DNA of 62,440 nucleotides, the filler included, from Globobulimina sp. (Eukaryota): NCBI GenBank assembly GCA_003354225.1. It is 27 parts of 27 records of this genome, joined end to end, with 100 filler letters (N's around TTAATTAATTAA, not from the genome) between each part and the next. Parts side by side here need not be neighbours in the genome. Positions count along the whole stretch, not along the records: positions 48,652 to 50,866 come from PIVH01008146.1; positions 50,967 to 53,181 come from PIVH01008147.1; positions 53,282 to 55,496 come from PIVH01008148.1; positions 55,597 to 57,811 come from PIVH01008149.1; positions 57,912 to 60,126 come from PIVH01008150.1; positions 60,227 to 62,440 come from PIVH01008151.1; 21 more parts are not named here. The stretch is one strand, 5' to 3'. The notes beneath the pieces were generated by a model that was not told where the DNA came from, did no database searches, and was given only the letters and a program-made list of their open reading frames with translations. Within the stretch, counting starts at the first letter, position 1, and each line of letters starts with the position of its first letter. The translations under genes and the position numbers were made by a program. This document shows positions 48,652 through 60,400 of the stretch, one piece after another.

Positions 48652-49805
48652 CGATGTTTGTGAGGTCGCTATTTTCAAAGGTGTCAACAGTCGTTTGGAT
48701 GAACAGTCGATTGAGCGCGAACGCAGTGTGATTTTGCAAGAGATGGAGAACGTGTACGGCGAGACGAAGGAGGAGCTGATCTTCGACCATTTGCACGAAA
48801 ACTGCTTCCAAGACTGCGCCTTAGGTCGGACCATATTGGGCCCGGTCGACAACATCAAGCGAATCAACAGGAACGATCTGTTGGAATACATCAACACGTA
48901 CTACACCGCCGACAATATGGTGGTTGTGGCGACCGGCTGCATCCCGGACCACGACGCCTTTGTCGATAGCATCAAGGCCAAGTTCAGCGGCTTGAACCCG
49001 ACCAATCGGCACAAACCAGTATGTATCTGCCTCTCTCGTCCGCTCTGTGACTGACTGTCTGTGACTGCGTTTGATTTGCGAGCAGGCCAAAGACATCTCG
49101 TATTTTCGCGGTTGTGAGTATGAGGAGCGATGGGACGATATGGACCATGTTTACATGGCGTTGGCGTACGAGACGTGTCCATGGAACGACAGCGATACGT
49201 ATCCGCTGATGTTTATGCAGCAAATGTTGGGCCAATGGGACAAGAAGTTCCCCGGCGGGCAATACAACACTTCCTCGTTCATCCGCTATTTGTACCAGGA
49301 CCCGTCGAGGCCGATCGCGGAGAACTTCATGGCGTTCAACACGCCGTATACTGACATCGGACTGTTTGGGGTCTATGCCTGTGTCCATCCGTACGATTTC
49401 AAGTATTTTTATGAGGCGGCGAGGAAGGAAATGAATAGATTTGGGTATGATGTGAATGAGTCGCAAGTGGAGGACGTGAGGGAGAGGTTGAAGGCGACCA
49501 TGCTGTTGGCGTTGGGCAACACGTCGCAGATCATGGAGATGATTGGGAGGGAGATTTTGGTGCATGGCAAGAGGATACATCCAACGGAGGCATTTACGCG
49601 CGTCAATGACGTGGATGTGAATGCGATTAAGGTGGCGGCGCATCGCCATTTGATTGATAAAGTTTAGAAATTTCTGGTAATTGAAGGTGTGAAACATACG
49701 CAATTTCGCAAAAATATACAGGATTATGCGCTCGCTGCGGTGGGGCCGACGATGGAGTGGCCGTACTATACAATATTCCGAAATGTGCATTATAAAATGT
49801 GGTAA
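48652..49805 (+). CDS. PMPCB: Mitochondrial processing peptidase beta / M16 family, 5' partial, two introns (approx. 49019-49085 and 49662-49721)
   Basis: IERERSVILQEM, IFDHLH, LGRTILGP, FNTPYTDIGLFG, IGREILVHGKRI; final exon DYALAAVGP...W-stop. Confidence 0.88.
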
Positions 49806-50065
49806 TTATTGTATTGTGACTATGTGTTGACATTGAAGTTTATAATTGACATCAATTTGCATGATTTAGATTTTAAATGTTTTTTTAGCGCTCTTGTTTC
49901 AATTTGATAATTGTTGAGAAGTACAGGCTTTACAATAGGTTTTGAAAAGAATTAATTGAAATTGTTTCGGTTATTGCTACGCAAAAAAGGGGAACTGATT
50001 TGATTGCACAGTTCAAAAATACAAACACACTGTGATTGTTTTGTGAAGTCGATGAGATAATCAAT

Positions 50066-50350
50066 TTATTTCTTTGTTGGTGCTTCTTTTTTTTCGTTTT
50101 CTTTTTTTTCCTTTTCTTTTTGTAATGCATTATTTGCTCGGTCTCTTTCAGATTGTTTCTTTTTTAATTTAGCTTTTTTCATACCAAGCTTACAATATTT
50201 TTGATTTCGCCTAAAATATGGATCCATGCCTTTCATTCCTCTGTGTTTCAATGATTTTACTTTTAATCTCCAGCATTTTGGTTTTTTCATTCCATTTCTC
50301 ATTGCTTTGAACGATGCATTGCGGTTTGTGTGATTTTTAGATTTGACCAT
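50066..50350 (-). CDS. RPL29: 60S ribosomal protein eL29
   Basis: MVKSKNHTNRN...KAMRNGMKKPK...KGMDPYFRRNQKY. Confidence 0.93.
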   Translation of the reverse strand: MVKSKNHTNRNASFKAMRNGMKKPKCWRLKVKSLKHRGMKGMDPYFRRNQKYCKLGMKKAKLKKKQSERDRANNALQKEKEKKENEKKEAPTKK

Positions 50351-50605
50351 TGTTTAATGAATAAAATCCAATCTAATCTGTGTATTTTGTTAATTTAATG
50401 ACTTGTGAGCTGATAATGATGACACATAAAATCTGTGCAAGGATCAATAACAAGCATTCCATGCATCATATTAAAATATTCACATTACCAGATGGATAGA
50501 TATGGCGACCTTACCGAGAGCGGATGCTTGTTACACTGAAAAGATTTGCAAACTGAAGTATTGATATTAGTTTTTCTACTAAAACTTTATTTGCTAACCC
50601 TTGCA

Positions 50606-50866
50606 ATGTCGAATGAAATAGAACCAGAAATTTGTGTTACGGAGGCACAAAGGTGCGATAATATACATACATTCCCACAAATTAATGGTTGAGCATTACT
50701 TAACATACCAAATAGATTAAACTTAAAACCTACTGAAACCTCGCTGTTATTAGATCCCATAGCTTGTACAGCAAAGGCTGCAGCAAATTATACAGCCATC
50801 CAAGACACAAACTCGTCACCAACAATAGATACGCGTCCATTTTATAAAAGAGCGGCGTTTTGGTTG
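50606..50866 (+). CDS. N-terminal fragment of a hypothetical spliced gene
   Basis: MSNEIEPEICVTEAQR, then a GT-AG intron in phase, then LNLKPTETSLL...PFYKRAAFWL up to the linker. Confidence 0.45.
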
Positions 50867-50966
50867 NNNNNNNNNNNNNNNNNNNNNNNNNNNNNNNNNN
50901 NNNNNNNNNNTTAATTAATTAANNNNNNNNNNNNNNNNNNNNNNNNNNNNNNNNNNNNNNNNNNNN

Positions 50967-53181
50967 ATTTTAAAGAATGTAAACAAGATCACGCCGAGGA
51001 AGAAAATGACGAACATAAAACACAAATGGATGACGCAAATATCGTTGCATTTAATTTAGCAATGAATCAATTATTTATTTGCACGCCGCCAAGTTCAATA
51101 TTACTATTTGAACAGACCCAAATTAGCAAAGATACGATAGCTCATTTACATTGCAGTATATATGCCGTATTACTCCGTCATACTGGAATTATATCAAAAT
51201 TCGCAGACTATTTGAAAATATTACAACAGAGACCATCAAAATCTATGGGTATTCCCAGAGCATCATGCAATTCGATACCACGTGAAATACAAATCTTATT
51301 CGAACGAGCGCGGGTTGGGGTTAATCATATTTTGGAGGACATTGAAAACGAGGAAGAACTCAACTGTCAGAAAAAAGATTTTATTCTACGAAGCGAGTTA
51401 TTGATGAAATTATCTCCGGCTTACTTACATATGCAAGAAATAACTGGCAACGTCTGGGATATCTCGAAATTAATAAAGTATCCAAAAGGGTATTCTTCCC
51501 CCGTTGAAAAGCAAAAACCTTGGATTTGCAGCATATGCTTTCATTTTAACGATGCGTCGCAATTTTATTGTCAGATTTGTGAGTCAGAGCTGCGGAAAAA
51601 CAAAATACAAGGAATTAATGTGCGGTTTACATGGTCAAAAAAGAACTTTCCATCCGAAGAATTGTTCTATTCCTTTCAATCCGTTTGTTGCGTCGAAAAT
51701 ATAATACGCTCACAGCGGCATTCCAATCACGGTCAAAATTATTATCAAATTGCGCCGATAAAAAAATTGGTGAAACAGGTTATTATATTTATCACAGAGA
51801 ATAAGACTCCGGTTCATATATTTAGCAAATTGTTATCCATGCAAAGCACATTGGGTTTATTTAGAATTAAGGGATTACAAATAATTTATGAAAATATTAT
51901 AAATTTAAAGTATGCAGAGAATATTGCTCAATTTGCCGAACATTTAAGCAATTTATTGACATTAAGTAATGTGCAAAGTATGTCTGTTACGCAAAGTTTA
52001 AATTTAACAGAATCGAAACAAATTGAAAAATCTGTTGCAAATTTAAAATTATCATCCATTCATTCTGGTGGTTTTGCGCATATTTTGTCAAATATTGAAT
52101 GTTGTGGTTATTCAATATCCTCAGAAATATTATCGTTGCAGGATAACATTATTGAGTTTCTATTCAAACAGTCACGAAAATGTAATAACCATCAATTAGG
52201 ATTTACGACGCCATTGCTACATTTAATTGGGGCTTTAATCCGCACGCAAAATTTAGAATTTATATCCTCGATAAAAATCCTACCATATTTAAAACAATTC
52301 TTCTCCTTAAAATCATTAAATAGCAATAATTCGACAAACATTTCATTTCAACAAAGATTTGCGGCATGGACTGCTTTCAGAACATTAACATATTCCACTG
52401 CATATCCAATGTTTTCCTCTTTACCAACCATTAGCATCCACAATATAAATAAGCAAAATATGTCCCCATCGTCCAAGTATTCCAGCTCTGTCGCTTTATT
52501 TACTGACAAGACGCAACAATCTCGAATACAAGTTTTTAATTCAATTATTAAACTATGCACCAATGAATTAAAAACATTATTCGCTGCATTACAAAACCAC
52601 AAAATCAATCAATTTAAACATGCCGATTTAAAAGAAATATTATTAAAATTACAGCAACATAGGCGTCCAACCGGTGACCTCTACGCAAATGAGATGAAAG
52701 ACGAAAATGAAAATGAGAGTGGCGATGATCATACGTATACAGTGACAGTTGGCTCACACAAAAAAACCAAGTGGTCGTGCGGTGTCTGTACGTATATGAA
52801 TGCCGTGAATGACGATACCTGCACTATGTGCTTCCGTGGGGTCCGGCCAATGTTCAATCACAACGATAATGAATGTCATAGTATTAATATTTATGTGTTA
52901 TGTTTAAATTGCGGCGCTCAAATGAGTGCAAAAAATAAAACCTGTGGACAATGCAAAGAAGTGAATGAAAATACTTCGCCGTTAACATGTATTTATAATG
53001 AAAAGTTACAAATTTTAAAATGGTGTGATCGATTAAGAAAACAATCCATTTGTAATGCCGATGTGCAATATTTATATTTATTGCAGCAAGAAATTGGATG
53101 GCTATTAAATACTTCAAATATATCAACTTGTTCACCCTCATCGTCATCGTCTTCCTCAGCCTCATCAACGTCAACTAGCTC
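50967..53181 (+). CDS. Internal fragment of a large protein with RanBP2-type zinc fingers
   Basis: WICSICFHFN...CQIC and WSCGVCTYMN...CTMC fit W-X-C-X2-C-X3-N-X6-C-X2-C; a third CxxC pair follows. Confidence 0.8.
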
Positions 53182-53857
53182 NNNNNNNNNNNNNNNNNNN
53201 NNNNNNNNNNNNNNNNNNNNNNNNNTTAATTAATTAANNNNNNNNNNNNNNNNNNNNNNNNNNNNNNNNNNNNNNNNNNNNCTGCGTTAGCTTGTCAGTA
53301 TTTTGATTTTGAGGAAGATAATGATATTGACGATGAGAAATATGAAGGGAATCTTCATATTGATATGGATGATTACAAAGAAATGGTTGAAAGTGAGCAG
53401 GGTTCGGATGGTTCAGATTCTTTCTTATTTAGTCCAGCAAATAAAGCCAATGAAACTGGGAACTTGGAGGAGTTTGAAATTGCGTTATTATTTCTCTATA
53501 TTGTTATTATACATTTCGTTGTGTTGATACCTTTCACATGATTGTAAATGTCAGTTATGTCACATACATTATTGAATTATGTTTGTACTTATTGTATTGT
53601 GTTGAATTGAAACCTGTATTTTTTAATTTTTCAGCGTAAAGAAAATGTTTAAAGTGTTCTGACGCTGAAAACTTTACATTCATTCTGGACGTTTTTTTTT
53701 TGCTAGTTTTAATAATTAATTAACAATAATGTACGTAACCAGTTTGGTTTCGTTTCCATCCTTGCACAACAATATCGATATTATAATTAGGAGTGGTTTG
53801 AAGTTTTTAACTGTGGTTTCGATTTACTTATATATATCGCACATCAGCCACAGCTAA

Positions 53858-55360
53858 ATGTCAGCGATTGATACAAAGCTAAAAGTAAGGGTTATATTTG
53901 AAGGTGAATTATGTATTCAAGGTTGGTTTAGTACGTGGCGGTCGCGTTATTGCGCATTATGCGCCAACCGCACATTGCAAGTCTACACCAACAAAGAACA
54001 AATAGCTACGAACGACAGTCAACCAAAACATATACTCGATCTTTCCACTGTAATCACCATAAAACAGACCTACAATGCCAACGTTTCCACACCGTCAGAA
54101 AAAAACAAAACCAAATTTATATTTGAGATAACAACGCCTTCTCATGACATATTATTATCATCATTCGACGAAGACATTATTGCGCAATGGATCAATCATT
54201 TAAATGCCTACGTATTTGGTGACATTATTCACAACGGATACATGACCAAACAAGGCAGCAAAATAAAATCATGGAAAAGACGCTGGTTCACCTTATCATC
54301 GAACTGGAAGGAAATTCGCTACTTTGAGAACAATAAAATGAGCAAAAATGAGTACAAAGGCAGAGTGGATTTATGTGCAGTAAAAGTGTTGCGGAATTAT
54401 GTCAATTTCCATCGCAATGAATATATTTTGGAGCTGCAGACTGCTGTGCGAACATATATTTTTGTCAATGAATTCCACGATGAACATATTGATTGGATGA
54501 ATAAATTGGAACAAGTGTTGCGAGGCAATAAGTCGTGCTGTTATTGCGATGTTTGCAACACGAATAAAGTGCAGATGTTGGATTTTAGGCCAATTTATTA
54601 TAAAATGAGTTCATTGCATGAGGGCACATTGCATACATTTTGTGCAGTGGATGAAGATGAAATGGATAAAGGAGGCAAATGGGAAAAGAATTATTATGCC
54701 ATCGATGGGCGGACAATGCGTTTGTTTTATACCAAGAGCGCATTTAAAATGGAAACGTTTCAAAATGCATTGATTGAGAAGGATTTCTATGAGAAATATA
54801 TCTCGCAAGAGATGGATGGGTATTACTTGCTGTTAGGAGCAAAAATTGATTTTATTGATGTTACGATTGATGAGTTGGGGGATGAGGGTGAGGATGATAT
54901 GGATTTGCTCGCTGGTACTACAACAATGGGCGGATGCGACTCATGCGAGGATGATTTGAGAGGTCCTGGGTTTATGATTACCCCTGGCGGGGATATGGAG
55001 GATGATGATGGAAAGGACGATGTAAAAGAGATTGATATGATAGAATCGTATGAGAAATACAAGTATAAGTTTGTGATTGGTGAGGATATATTTGGTGTAC
55101 ATAGCTCTAAAGAAGCAAAGTTATGGGTGAATGGATTAAAAAATTCAGTTGATTTCAGTATGAGAGAGATGTGTGGTTATGATGAGGAAAAGAATTATTT
55201 ATGCCGCTTACATTTGAGCTTATTGATTTGTCGCTTTTATTTTGAAACAAATCAGAAGGATATCGATGATGATGTTGGGATACCATTTGGAGCATATAAA
55301 TATATTGTAAGATGTGTTGGAATTAAATGTTGGGATAATGATAATTTAATTGCATTTTAG
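53858..55360 (+). CDS. Tandem PH-domain protein (two clear PH domains, possibly a third split one)
   Basis: EGEL...WRSRYCAL...QWINHL; GYMTKQGSKIKSWKRRWFTL...DWMNKL; EGTL...WEKNY...LWVNGL. Confidence 0.88.
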   Translation: MSAIDTKLKVRVIFEGELCIQGWFSTWRSRYCALCANRTLQVYTNKEQIATNDSQPKHILDLSTVITIKQTYNANVSTPSEKNKTKFIFEITTPSHDILLSSFDEDIIAQWINHLNAYVFGDIIHNGYMTKQGSKIKSWKRRWFTLSSNWKEIRYFENNKMSKNEYKGRVDLCAVKVLRNYVNFHRNEYILELQTAVRTYIFVNEFHDEHIDWMNKLEQVLRGNKSCCYCDVCNTNKVQMLDFRPIYYKMSSLHEGTLHTFCAVDEDEMDKGGKWEKNYYAIDGRTMRLFYTKSAFKMETFQNALIEKDFYEKYISQEMDGYYLLLGAKIDFIDVTIDELGDEGEDDMDLLAGTTTMGGCDSCEDDLRGPGFMITPGGDMEDDDGKDDVKEIDMIESYEKYKYKFVIGEDIFGVHSSKEAKLWVNGLKNSVDFSMREMCGYDEEKNYLCRLHLSLLICRFYFETNQKDIDDDVGIPFGAYKYIVRCVGIKCWDNDNLIAF

Positions 55361-55596
55361 TTTGATATAGTTGTATTATTATTAGTTTTTATGGTGTAAT
55401 ATTTGTATATATGATTCATTGCCTTTAGTTGTTTAATAGATCCAACCGTCAGTACTCTCAGTAGCTAGTTTAGTAAGGTTTTACCTTTGAGCATGGNNNN
55501 NNNNNNNNNNNNNNNNNNNNNNNNNNNNNNNNNNNNNNNNTTAATTAATTAANNNNNNNNNNNNNNNNNNNNNNNNNNNNNNNNNNNNNNNNNNNN

Positions 55597-56529
55597 CCTG
55601 ATCCGTTTTTCATGCTAAATGCTGATGTCATCGCAGATTATCAATTTGATAAATTATTACGTTTCCATTATCAACACAAAGGTGAAGGCACTATATACGT
55701 GACACCGGTTAAAGACCCTTCGAGATACGGGGTTGTTGTCTCTGACAAATACGGCAAAGTGTCGCAATTTGTGGAAAAGCCAAAAGATAAGAAATATGGC
55801 AATGAAATCAATGCAGGTTTATATATTTTGAATAAATCTGTGATAAAACGAGTTGTTAAGTGTCTATCCTTGCACTCATTTCTAACGATCGAAGTATATT
55901 AATATGTTACATAGCCAATGGAGCCAACCTCGATTGAAAGAGTTATCTTCCCCGCCATGGCCAGAGAGGGTCAGTTATATGATTTGGGACTGTCCGGATA
56001 TTGGATGGATGTCGGCAAACCCTCTGACTTTATAGCTGGACAGTTAATTTTCTATTTTCTATTTGTTTGTTGATGTGTTATTTTAAACAATATTCAACAT
56101 CATTTGCTTTATAATTAACAAAGGCGTTTATTTTTGAATGCCATAGCAGTGAGACGCGATGATAGGATTCAAAAACAATGCAATTCAATCAGCGGCGCAG
56201 TTGTAATCCATAACAGTGCCAAAGTAGCAAAATCATCATTGATTGGACCCAATGTTGTGATTGGACCCAATGTTCAAATTGGACACAATGTCCGTATTAA
56301 GCATAGTGTGATATTTGGCGGTGTTAAAATAATGGATGGAAGCTATGTGGATGGCTCTATCATTGGATGGAGATCAAAACTTGGTCGATGGGCCAGATTG
56401 ACAAATCTATGCATTTTGGGCGAAGATGTGGAAGTTAAATCGGAGGTTGCTTTGAATGGAATTACTGTCTGTCCGCATAAAAGAGTCTCGCAAAGTATTA
56501 TCAATGAGCCTGGCAAAGTTATATTATAA
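55597..56529 (+). CDS. GMPPB: Mannose-1-phosphate guanylyltransferase (GDP-mannose pyrophosphorylase), 5' partial, two introns
   Basis: FFMLNADV, DPSRYGVVV, FVEKP, INAGLYIL, TSIERVIFP and GYWMDVGKP.DF (middle exon), then left-handed beta-helix IGPNVVIGP repeats. Confidence 0.93.
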
Positions 56530-56596
56530 TTTATCATCATATTCATTTTTGTATTATCTTTCACTTTGAAGTCTTTCTCGTATTTAAATAAAAAGG

Positions 56597-57744
56597 TTAC
56601 GCATCTTCCACTTGACTGCCTTTCAAATATTCTAATAATAGTTGCTTAATCAATTTCGAATGGAATTCTTGTCTTTCATCAATATCGGAATCTTTCATTT
56701 TCGAATAGTTTTCTTTCCTTTTCCTTAATATAACATCCAATAAAATTGGAATCAATGACACAATCCCTATGATAATAAAGAAGATGATGAAGAATGAGAT
56801 GATAATATTAAACAAATACCTGCCATTGAACCAATGTTTACAATTAGCGCAATTATTGAGAATCGTTTCATTTCTCCAGTGACATTAAATAATATCTTTA
56901 TCCCATATACTTTCTGTAAAAATCTACTCTCCAAAACCTTTACTTTAATACCACTAAGTTCCACCATCTGCGGTGATTCATAATTTGAAATCCATAAATA
57001 ATTCCCTGTGTTCTTTGTATTTTTATGATCCGCACGGAATAAATTCCAATCTACAATGCATTTATGATCCAATGAATAATAATCACATTCCCAGTTCATA
57101 TTAATGACAATTATTACGCCTTTATCTCGAATATTTACATATTCCTCATCTATTCCTTTCAAAATATCCCCAACTCTCCACACATTATAACCCAACTTTC
57201 TTTCCTCCAAACTCACAATTTTGCTCACTCCAAATTTCGGAAACTCGATCATGATTTGAAATGTAACCAACATTTCATCCACGCCATCCAACAATGCATT
57301 GTATTTTTCTTGCAAATTAAAGTTTCCCTCATTGTTTGTGTCAGACGTACACCATCCATTAATTAGACATTTTGAATTGATACACCCGCCAGTTGCTAGA
57401 CCGTTTGCTGTGTATTCACCAGATTTGCACGGACATTTTGTAGAAATATCAATACATTCATTTTGTTCTCCGCTGGGACTGCTTCTTTGTTGTTGTTTAT
57501 ATCCAACAACATGGGTTGCTATAAATATGGCATTTTTTTCTTGTTCTGGTATTCGAATATCATAATTATCGAATATCATTCTTGCCATATTTGATTCACT
57601 TAAATCCGCAGAACCGGTACCTTCTACATTTAGCAATGTTGAGCCTAATCCATAATCGGTTTCCATATAACTTCCTTCTGAAACAATGCAATAAATTATC
57701 ACGAAAAGCGTTGCCACATATAACAGAATCTTTGTCCATGACAT
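56597..57744 (-). CDS. P2X purinoceptor-like channel (intron 56819-56767; true start possibly upstream)
   Basis: Two TM helices flank a Cys-rich loop: P.QEKNAIFIAT, GLATGGC, CLINGWC, IEFPKF, INMNWEC, RFLQKVYGIKILFNVTG..KRFSII. Confidence 0.85.
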
Positions 57745-58088
57745 TGAGAAATCATCAAACTGTATATGTATACATAAAAAAATGAAATTAATATTCCTCG
57801 ACAGTATCTTTNNNNNNNNNNNNNNNNNNNNNNNNNNNNNNNNNNNNNNNNNNNNTTAATTAATTAANNNNNNNNNNNNNNNNNNNNNNNNNNNNNNNNN
57901 NNNNNNNNNNNTAAAAATAAGCATACATTATCAAAAAAGATTAGTTACCATTATAGATTAAGAACTGGTGATATTTTATTGTTTGCCACCAAAACTGATG
58001 TTGACACATGTTAAAATCCTTGATATTAAAACAAGAAACTCCTACCATGTAATTTCGTTTTTCAATATTATTACTTACAATTAAAATC

Positions 58089-58592
58089 ATGTCTTGCTGC
58101 AACCATGAAGATGATTCTGATGGTGCGTTACTTTGTAAATTCTTAATACATGCACCAAAAAATGAAGTATATGAATCATTTATCGATTATATTTGGTACA
58201 AAAACAAAGTATTTTATATAGCACCGGATAAATTACTTGAAACAGATAAATCAAAAGAACTTAATATTGAATTCCCTCAACGCTCATTAGTCTGTAAAAC
58301 CATTGTTGAAACAATATATGATGCGAAACAAAATGAATACATCAAATATAGCATGGAATCAATTGTTATGCCAACATCTAAATATCACGCAACAGTACAA
58401 TTTGAGGATTATTATGATGAAGAAATCCAATGTTGTTTGCTAACATGGAGTAGTCATTTTAATTTCCGATGGCAAGCCTGTAATTATTGTTGTCCATTTC
58501 TAGCTGTTGCATTTCGGAAAGTAATGCTATGGTTTACAAACTTAATGGGAAGTTCATTGAAAACTTATGTAGAAACAAAGAAACAAAAATAA
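58089..58592 (+). CDS. SRPBCC/START-like fold protein
   Basis: IHAPKNEVYE N-terminus, IVETI...YIKYS...YHATVQF...LTWS, and a C-terminal helix LKTYVE. Confidence 0.55.
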   Translation: MSCCNHEDDSDGALLCKFLIHAPKNEVYESFIDYIWYKNKVFYIAPDKLLETDKSKELNIEFPQRSLVCKTIVETIYDAKQNEYIKYSMESIVMPTSKYHATVQFEDYYDEEIQCCLLTWSSHFNFRWQACNYCCPFLAVAFRKVMLWFTNLMGSSLKTYVETKKQK

Positions 58593-58700
58593 CTTTTTCT
58601 TGTTGCATGGAAAAAAAAACATAAAAAATTTATTGCATTTTGTGTGCGTGCAAGGATAAACAATTTTGACTCATGATATCCAACATAATATATACAAATA

Positions 58701-59755
58701 TTAATCATCTTCATCTTCTTCAGACTCTGTCAAAATTCCAGTGTATAAATCTAAATAATCTTTCTCTAGAAAGCCTATATCCTCTCTTGCTTCAACAAAT
58801 TCACTTTCTTCCATTCCTTCTGAAATATAATTATGAACATAACATTTTCTATTCTCATACAATATGTCATATTTTCTGTTTATACGGTAAGTAAATAACC
58901 GAGAAATCCACATATTATTAGCCAGCATTGATATTTGTTTATCATTTATAAACATATCATCCGATGCTAGTTTAGCTGCCATACCATCCACAAACTTCAA
59001 CATTGGTTTCCCTGCACTAAATTCCATATAATAAAATTTTCTATTAACACTCATAAAATTCATTGCCGCATTTGTTTGACATATATATTCTTCAATATTC
59101 CTACCACGGCAACAAAACGATAGTGCACTGGTTTTATCCTCTTCTACATCAAAATCTAACACATCAATTATAAAATGCCTACTTTCCAAACATTGAGTGG
59201 TCAGACTCTGCATATCATCTTGAAATATCATATTTTTTTTATTTCTAGCTATTAAGGGCCACATTGAAGAAGTTAGCCATTTAATTCTAGGAAAACCAAC
59301 CATATCCACATAAATAGAATGCAATGTTTCGTTTATACCAAACCTTGTCGCTGCTGTGATATCTCCAATCAATTTTGTAAGTAACTTATTGTAGTTTTGA
59401 TACGTTGGTCGTGCAATATTTAGATACGTTTTGCACAAATTATTGCATGCGTTGTTATCAAATATAATATCAACATCCATATATTCCAACATATAATGAA
59501 CTGACAACAAAGAGTTGTATATCTCCGATGATGATGCTCTATATTCATCAAAGAGTACATTCATTCCAAAGTTTATTTTTTTGCGATAATTATTGTCAAT
59601 GTTTTCCAATATTAATGATGTGAGGCCACCGCCAGTGCCTCCAGATAATGAATGGTTAAACAAAAAACCTTGCAAATTGTCTGTTTCTTCCACTAGTTTT
59701 CGTACTGCATCATTGATACAATCAATTACTGTTTTGCCCTGCAAATAAGCTGGTT
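58701..59755 (-). CDS. Divergent alpha-tubulin-like protein, C-terminal two-thirds (N-terminus missing)
   Basis: DNLQGF, HSLSGGTGGG, DNNA, RPTYQNYNKL, FPRI, and YISEGMEESEFVEAREDIGFLEKDY (alpha signature). Confidence 0.88.
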
Positions 59756-59803
59756 GCAAATATCGAATATAGATAACACACATCCATTAAAACCAGAGAA
59801 AAA

Positions 59804-60126
59804 ATGCAACCAGAGTCTCCCTGTGAAGATTTTTCAACTGAAAATCAATTAAAAACTGACTACCTCCAGATAACAACATTCGCTGAAAATCAACAGGAAG
59901 CAGAAAAGTTGATCGGCCTTCTGACTTCAAAAAAAGTAGTGGCTTGTGCTCAGGTTCAGGGGCCTGAGGAAATCCCAAGAGAGGACACCGAAGGAAAGTG
60001 GCGCTGCAGATTCAAAACATCAAAGATTCTTTTTCCAGACGTAAAAAACGAGCTCACAGGTTTTTTTAAAATGGATGATTATACGATCAAAGTCCTGCCT
60101 ATTGTGAAAGGAAGTGAGCACTTTTT
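59804..60126 (+). CDS. cutA: CutA-like divalent-cation tolerance protein, probably prokaryotic, 3' partial
   Basis: QITTFAENQQEAEKLIGLL.SKKVVACAQVQGP...FKT...LPIVKGSEHF pattern. Confidence 0.6.
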
Positions 60127-60226
60127 NNNNNNNNNNNNNNNNNNNNNNNNNNNNNNNNNNNNNNNNNNNNTTAATTAATTAANNNNNNNNNNNNNNNNNN
60201 NNNNNNNNNNNNNNNNNNNNNNNNNN

Positions 60227-60400
60227 ACCCATACCGGCAAAGAAAAATTATACTCCGCTTTGATCATCGCGCCGTCGGTGATGCTGGTGCTTATCTTCGT
60301 TTACGGCTTTATAAGTTGGAGCGGGTATGTTTCGTTCACCAACTGGAGAGGGTTGGTCCCGGATTACAGCTGGGTGGGGCTAAAGCAGTATATCTACCAG
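60227..60400 (+). CDS. N-terminal fragment of a bacterial carbohydrate ABC transporter permease
   Basis: LLIIAPSVMLVLIFVYGFISWSGYVSFTNWRGLVPDYSWVGLKQY matches the MalF/UgpA-type first TM segment and VGL.NY motif. Confidence 0.7.

Noticed and set aside
48984-49790. 268-aa minus-strand ORF
   Set aside because: Antisense to the well-supported MPP-beta gene in GC-richer sequence; no motif of its own.
53628-53671. 10-bp inverted repeat (TTTTCAGCGT/ACGCTGAAAA) as a terminator or MITE
   Set aside because: Short, with a long loop and no TSD, in eukaryotic AT-rich intergenic DNA; plausible by chance.
2219-60226. Regularly spaced TTAATTAATTAA motif and ORFs ending in X-runs plus LIN or N
   Set aside because: Artificial concatenation linker, not a biological repeat or CRISPR array. 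Gene neighbourhoods across linkers carry no meaning.
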